Positions 62,878 through 64,000 of a stretch of DNA of 64,000 nucleotides are shown piece by piece. The translations under genes and the position numbers were made by a program. Each line of letters begins with the position of its first letter. The stretch's first letter is position 1. Origin of the DNA: Spirochaetia bacterium (GTDB lineage: Bacteria; Spirochaetota; Spirochaetia; SZUA-6; Bin103); the NCBI GenBank assembly GCA_965203515.1, contig OZ241907.1, positions 1,714,578-1,778,577 on the forward strand, given 5' to 3'. The notes under the pieces are model-generated. The model did no database searches. It was given only the letters and a program-made list of their open reading frames with translations, and had not been told where the DNA came from.

Positions 62878-63141
62878 ATGAGCACGAAACTCACCCTGAG
62901 CGTCAACGCTACGATCGTCCAACGGGCGAAGGAGTTGGCGAGACGGCGACGAACGAGCCTCTCCGGACTGGTCGAGGAGTATCTCCGATTTGCCAGCGCC
63001 GGCCTTGATGAGCCGCCCGCCGTCAGCGTCCGAGTTCAGGCGGTTGCCGAATCACTGCCGATGCCGCCGGACGCTACCTACGATCGCTTGCAGGAGCAGT
63101 ACCTGCGGGAAAAGCTACTCGGTGCGGAAGATTCTACTTGA
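62878..63141 (+). CDS. vapB: RHH-type antitoxin (VapB-like)
   Basis: MSTKLTLSVNATIVQRAKELARRRRTSLSGLVEEYL. Overlaps the VapC start by 20 nt. Confidence 0.5.
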   Translation: MSTKLTLSVNATIVQRAKELARRRRTSLSGLVEEYLRFASAGLDEPPAVSVRVQAVAESLPMPPDATYDRLQEQYLREKLLGAEDST

Positions 63142-63586
63142 TTCCGACGTCATTCTGGATCTGTTCGTCTCGCGCGAACCGCATCACACGGTCGCCCTGC
63201 ATTTCTTCTCGTGCATCGATCTCGCGCGAGACACCATCAGCGCAACGGCGTCGCCGGTGGCTATGGCCAACGTCGCCTACGTGTTGTCCAAGTTGAAGAA
63301 TCAGGCATTTGCGGTGGGTAAACTGCGCGAACTCAGAACCATGATCGGGGTGTCTCCCATCAACCAAACGGTCGTGGACCGTGCCCTGGCACGTCCGCAT
63401 CGTGATTTCGAAGATGCCCTGCAACGAGAATGCGCGCTGGAGAATGGCATCGAGATTCTCGTGACTCGCAACACCCGCCACTATCCCAAGACCGACGTCG
63501 CTATCCTCTCACCGGCTGACTTCTTGCAGCTTCACGGCGCCGCGCTGGCGCTCATGGGCGGCGGCGGACCGGGCAGACCGTCCTGA
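63122..63586 (+). CDS. vapC: PIN-domain toxin VapC
   Basis: GTG 63122. (M)[13 protein letters not shown] with the conserved first Asp, then further acidic residues through the domain. Confidence 0.65.
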   Translation: MRKILLDSDVILDLFVSREPHHTVALHFFSCIDLARDTISATASPVAMANVAYVLSKLKNQAFAVGKLRELRTMIGVSPINQTVVDRALARPHRDFEDALQRECALENGIEILVTRNTRHYPKTDVAILSPADFLQLHGAALALMGGGGPGRPS

Positions 63587-64000
63587 TCCGCCAGCCGAAC
63601 CAGAAGCTGCTTGCCCTCCAGCGTTTGGCGCGCCCAATACAGGTTCTGGTATTGATCGTAGCCGCCGTCGCTCTCGCTCTCTGCCAGCCTGGCCGCGCCG
63701 GTCGCGGTGGTGCCGCCGGACGGCGCCGCGCCGAAGGTCACGGTTGGGGCAGTCGTGTAGCCGCTCCCACGGTTCGTGATCGTCACCGACGTGACGCCGG
63801 TTTGCAGCACTGCGGTGCCGATTGCCGTGGTGCCGCCGGACGGCGCCGCTCCGAAGGTCACGGTAGGAGCGGAGGTGTAGCCGGCCCCCGCGTTCGTGAT
63901 CGTCACCTCCTCTACTCTGGTGGTCCGTAACGTCGCGGTGGCGCTCGCGCCGGAGCCTCCTCCTCCCGAAAACGATACGGTTGGGGCAGAGGTGTAGCCG
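63532..64000 (-). CDS. repeat-containing (Gly/Thr/Ala-rich, ~41-aa repeats) protein, C-terminal part; gene continues beyond the window end
   Basis: Minus-strand translation shows repeated VTITN(A/R)G(A/S)GYT(S/T)[16 protein letters not shown] units. The underlying ~123-nt DNA repeats run from ~63700 to the window end. Confidence 0.4.
   Translation of the reverse strand, partial: GYTSAPTVSFSGGGGSGASATATLRTTRVEEVTITNAGAGYTSAPTVTFGAAPSGGTTAIGTAVLQTGVTSVTITNRGSGYTTAPTVTFGAAPSGGTTATGAARLAESESDGGYDQYQNLYWARQTLEGKQLLVRLADQDGLPGPPPPMSASAAP

Overview
High-GC (~70%) bacterial chromosomal window with 55-60 protein genes and no rRNA, tRNA or CRISPR. Sigma-54 machinery is present: one NtrC-type and one RtcR-type activator, plus two good TGGCAC-N5-TGC promoters. 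That excludes actinobacteria, which lack sigma-54. Genes are tightly packed with many ATGA/GTGA start-stop overlaps. Most ORF-track entries are antisense or off-frame shadows typical of high-GC DNA.

Most of the window is housekeeping/metabolic: a ppc 5' fragment, dipeptidase, dehydrogenases, sulfatase-like protein, aminotransferase, S15 hydrolase, SulP transporter, mutarotase, HAD dehalogenase and others. Three accessory regions stand out.

(A) 341-5417: a translationally coupled four-gene module. It encodes a gamma-class N6-adenine-MTase-like protein, a protein with two Bergerat-fold (GHKL) ATPase domains and an apparent H-box (histidine-kinase-like), a receiver-domain protein, and an MBL-fold hydrolase. 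I cannot place it in a described system. It is a candidate phosphorelay-controlled modification/restriction-like or defence module.

(B) 12.2-21.1 kb, all on the minus strand. An RtcR-family (CARF-like N-terminus + sigma-54 AAA+ + Fis HTH) activator ends exactly at a sigma-54 promoter. That promoter drives a 1292-aa fusion protein: HsdM-like N6A-MTase + HsdS-like target-recognition domain + C-terminal STAND/Arch_ATPase-type NTPase. Downstream are a second STAND-like NTPase and a class-I SAM-MTase disrupted at a 21-nt poly-G tract, then an Rpn/YhgA-family nuclease gene carrying a 12-nt tandem repeat. This is the most novel-looking candidate system.

(C) 48.8-63.6 kb: a type I R-M locus (hsdR, hsdS, hsdM) used as a defence island. 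It has lower-GC insertions: an AAA_21-type ATPase, a DUF4365 + hypothetical pair, HepT plus an MNT domain fused in frame to HsdS, an orphan Phd/YefM antitoxin, a beta-class DNA MTase with a candidate REase, a second Rpn paralog, VapBC, and a secreted nucleoside-phosphorylase-family protein.

Regulatory observations: a near-consensus sigma-54 promoter with tandem upstream repeats precedes a secreted-protein/DUF4390/HK/NtrC operon; a MerR-type promoter/operator precedes a MerR-VIT/vWA pair; SD-sequestering hairpins precede a DUF4143 ATPase.
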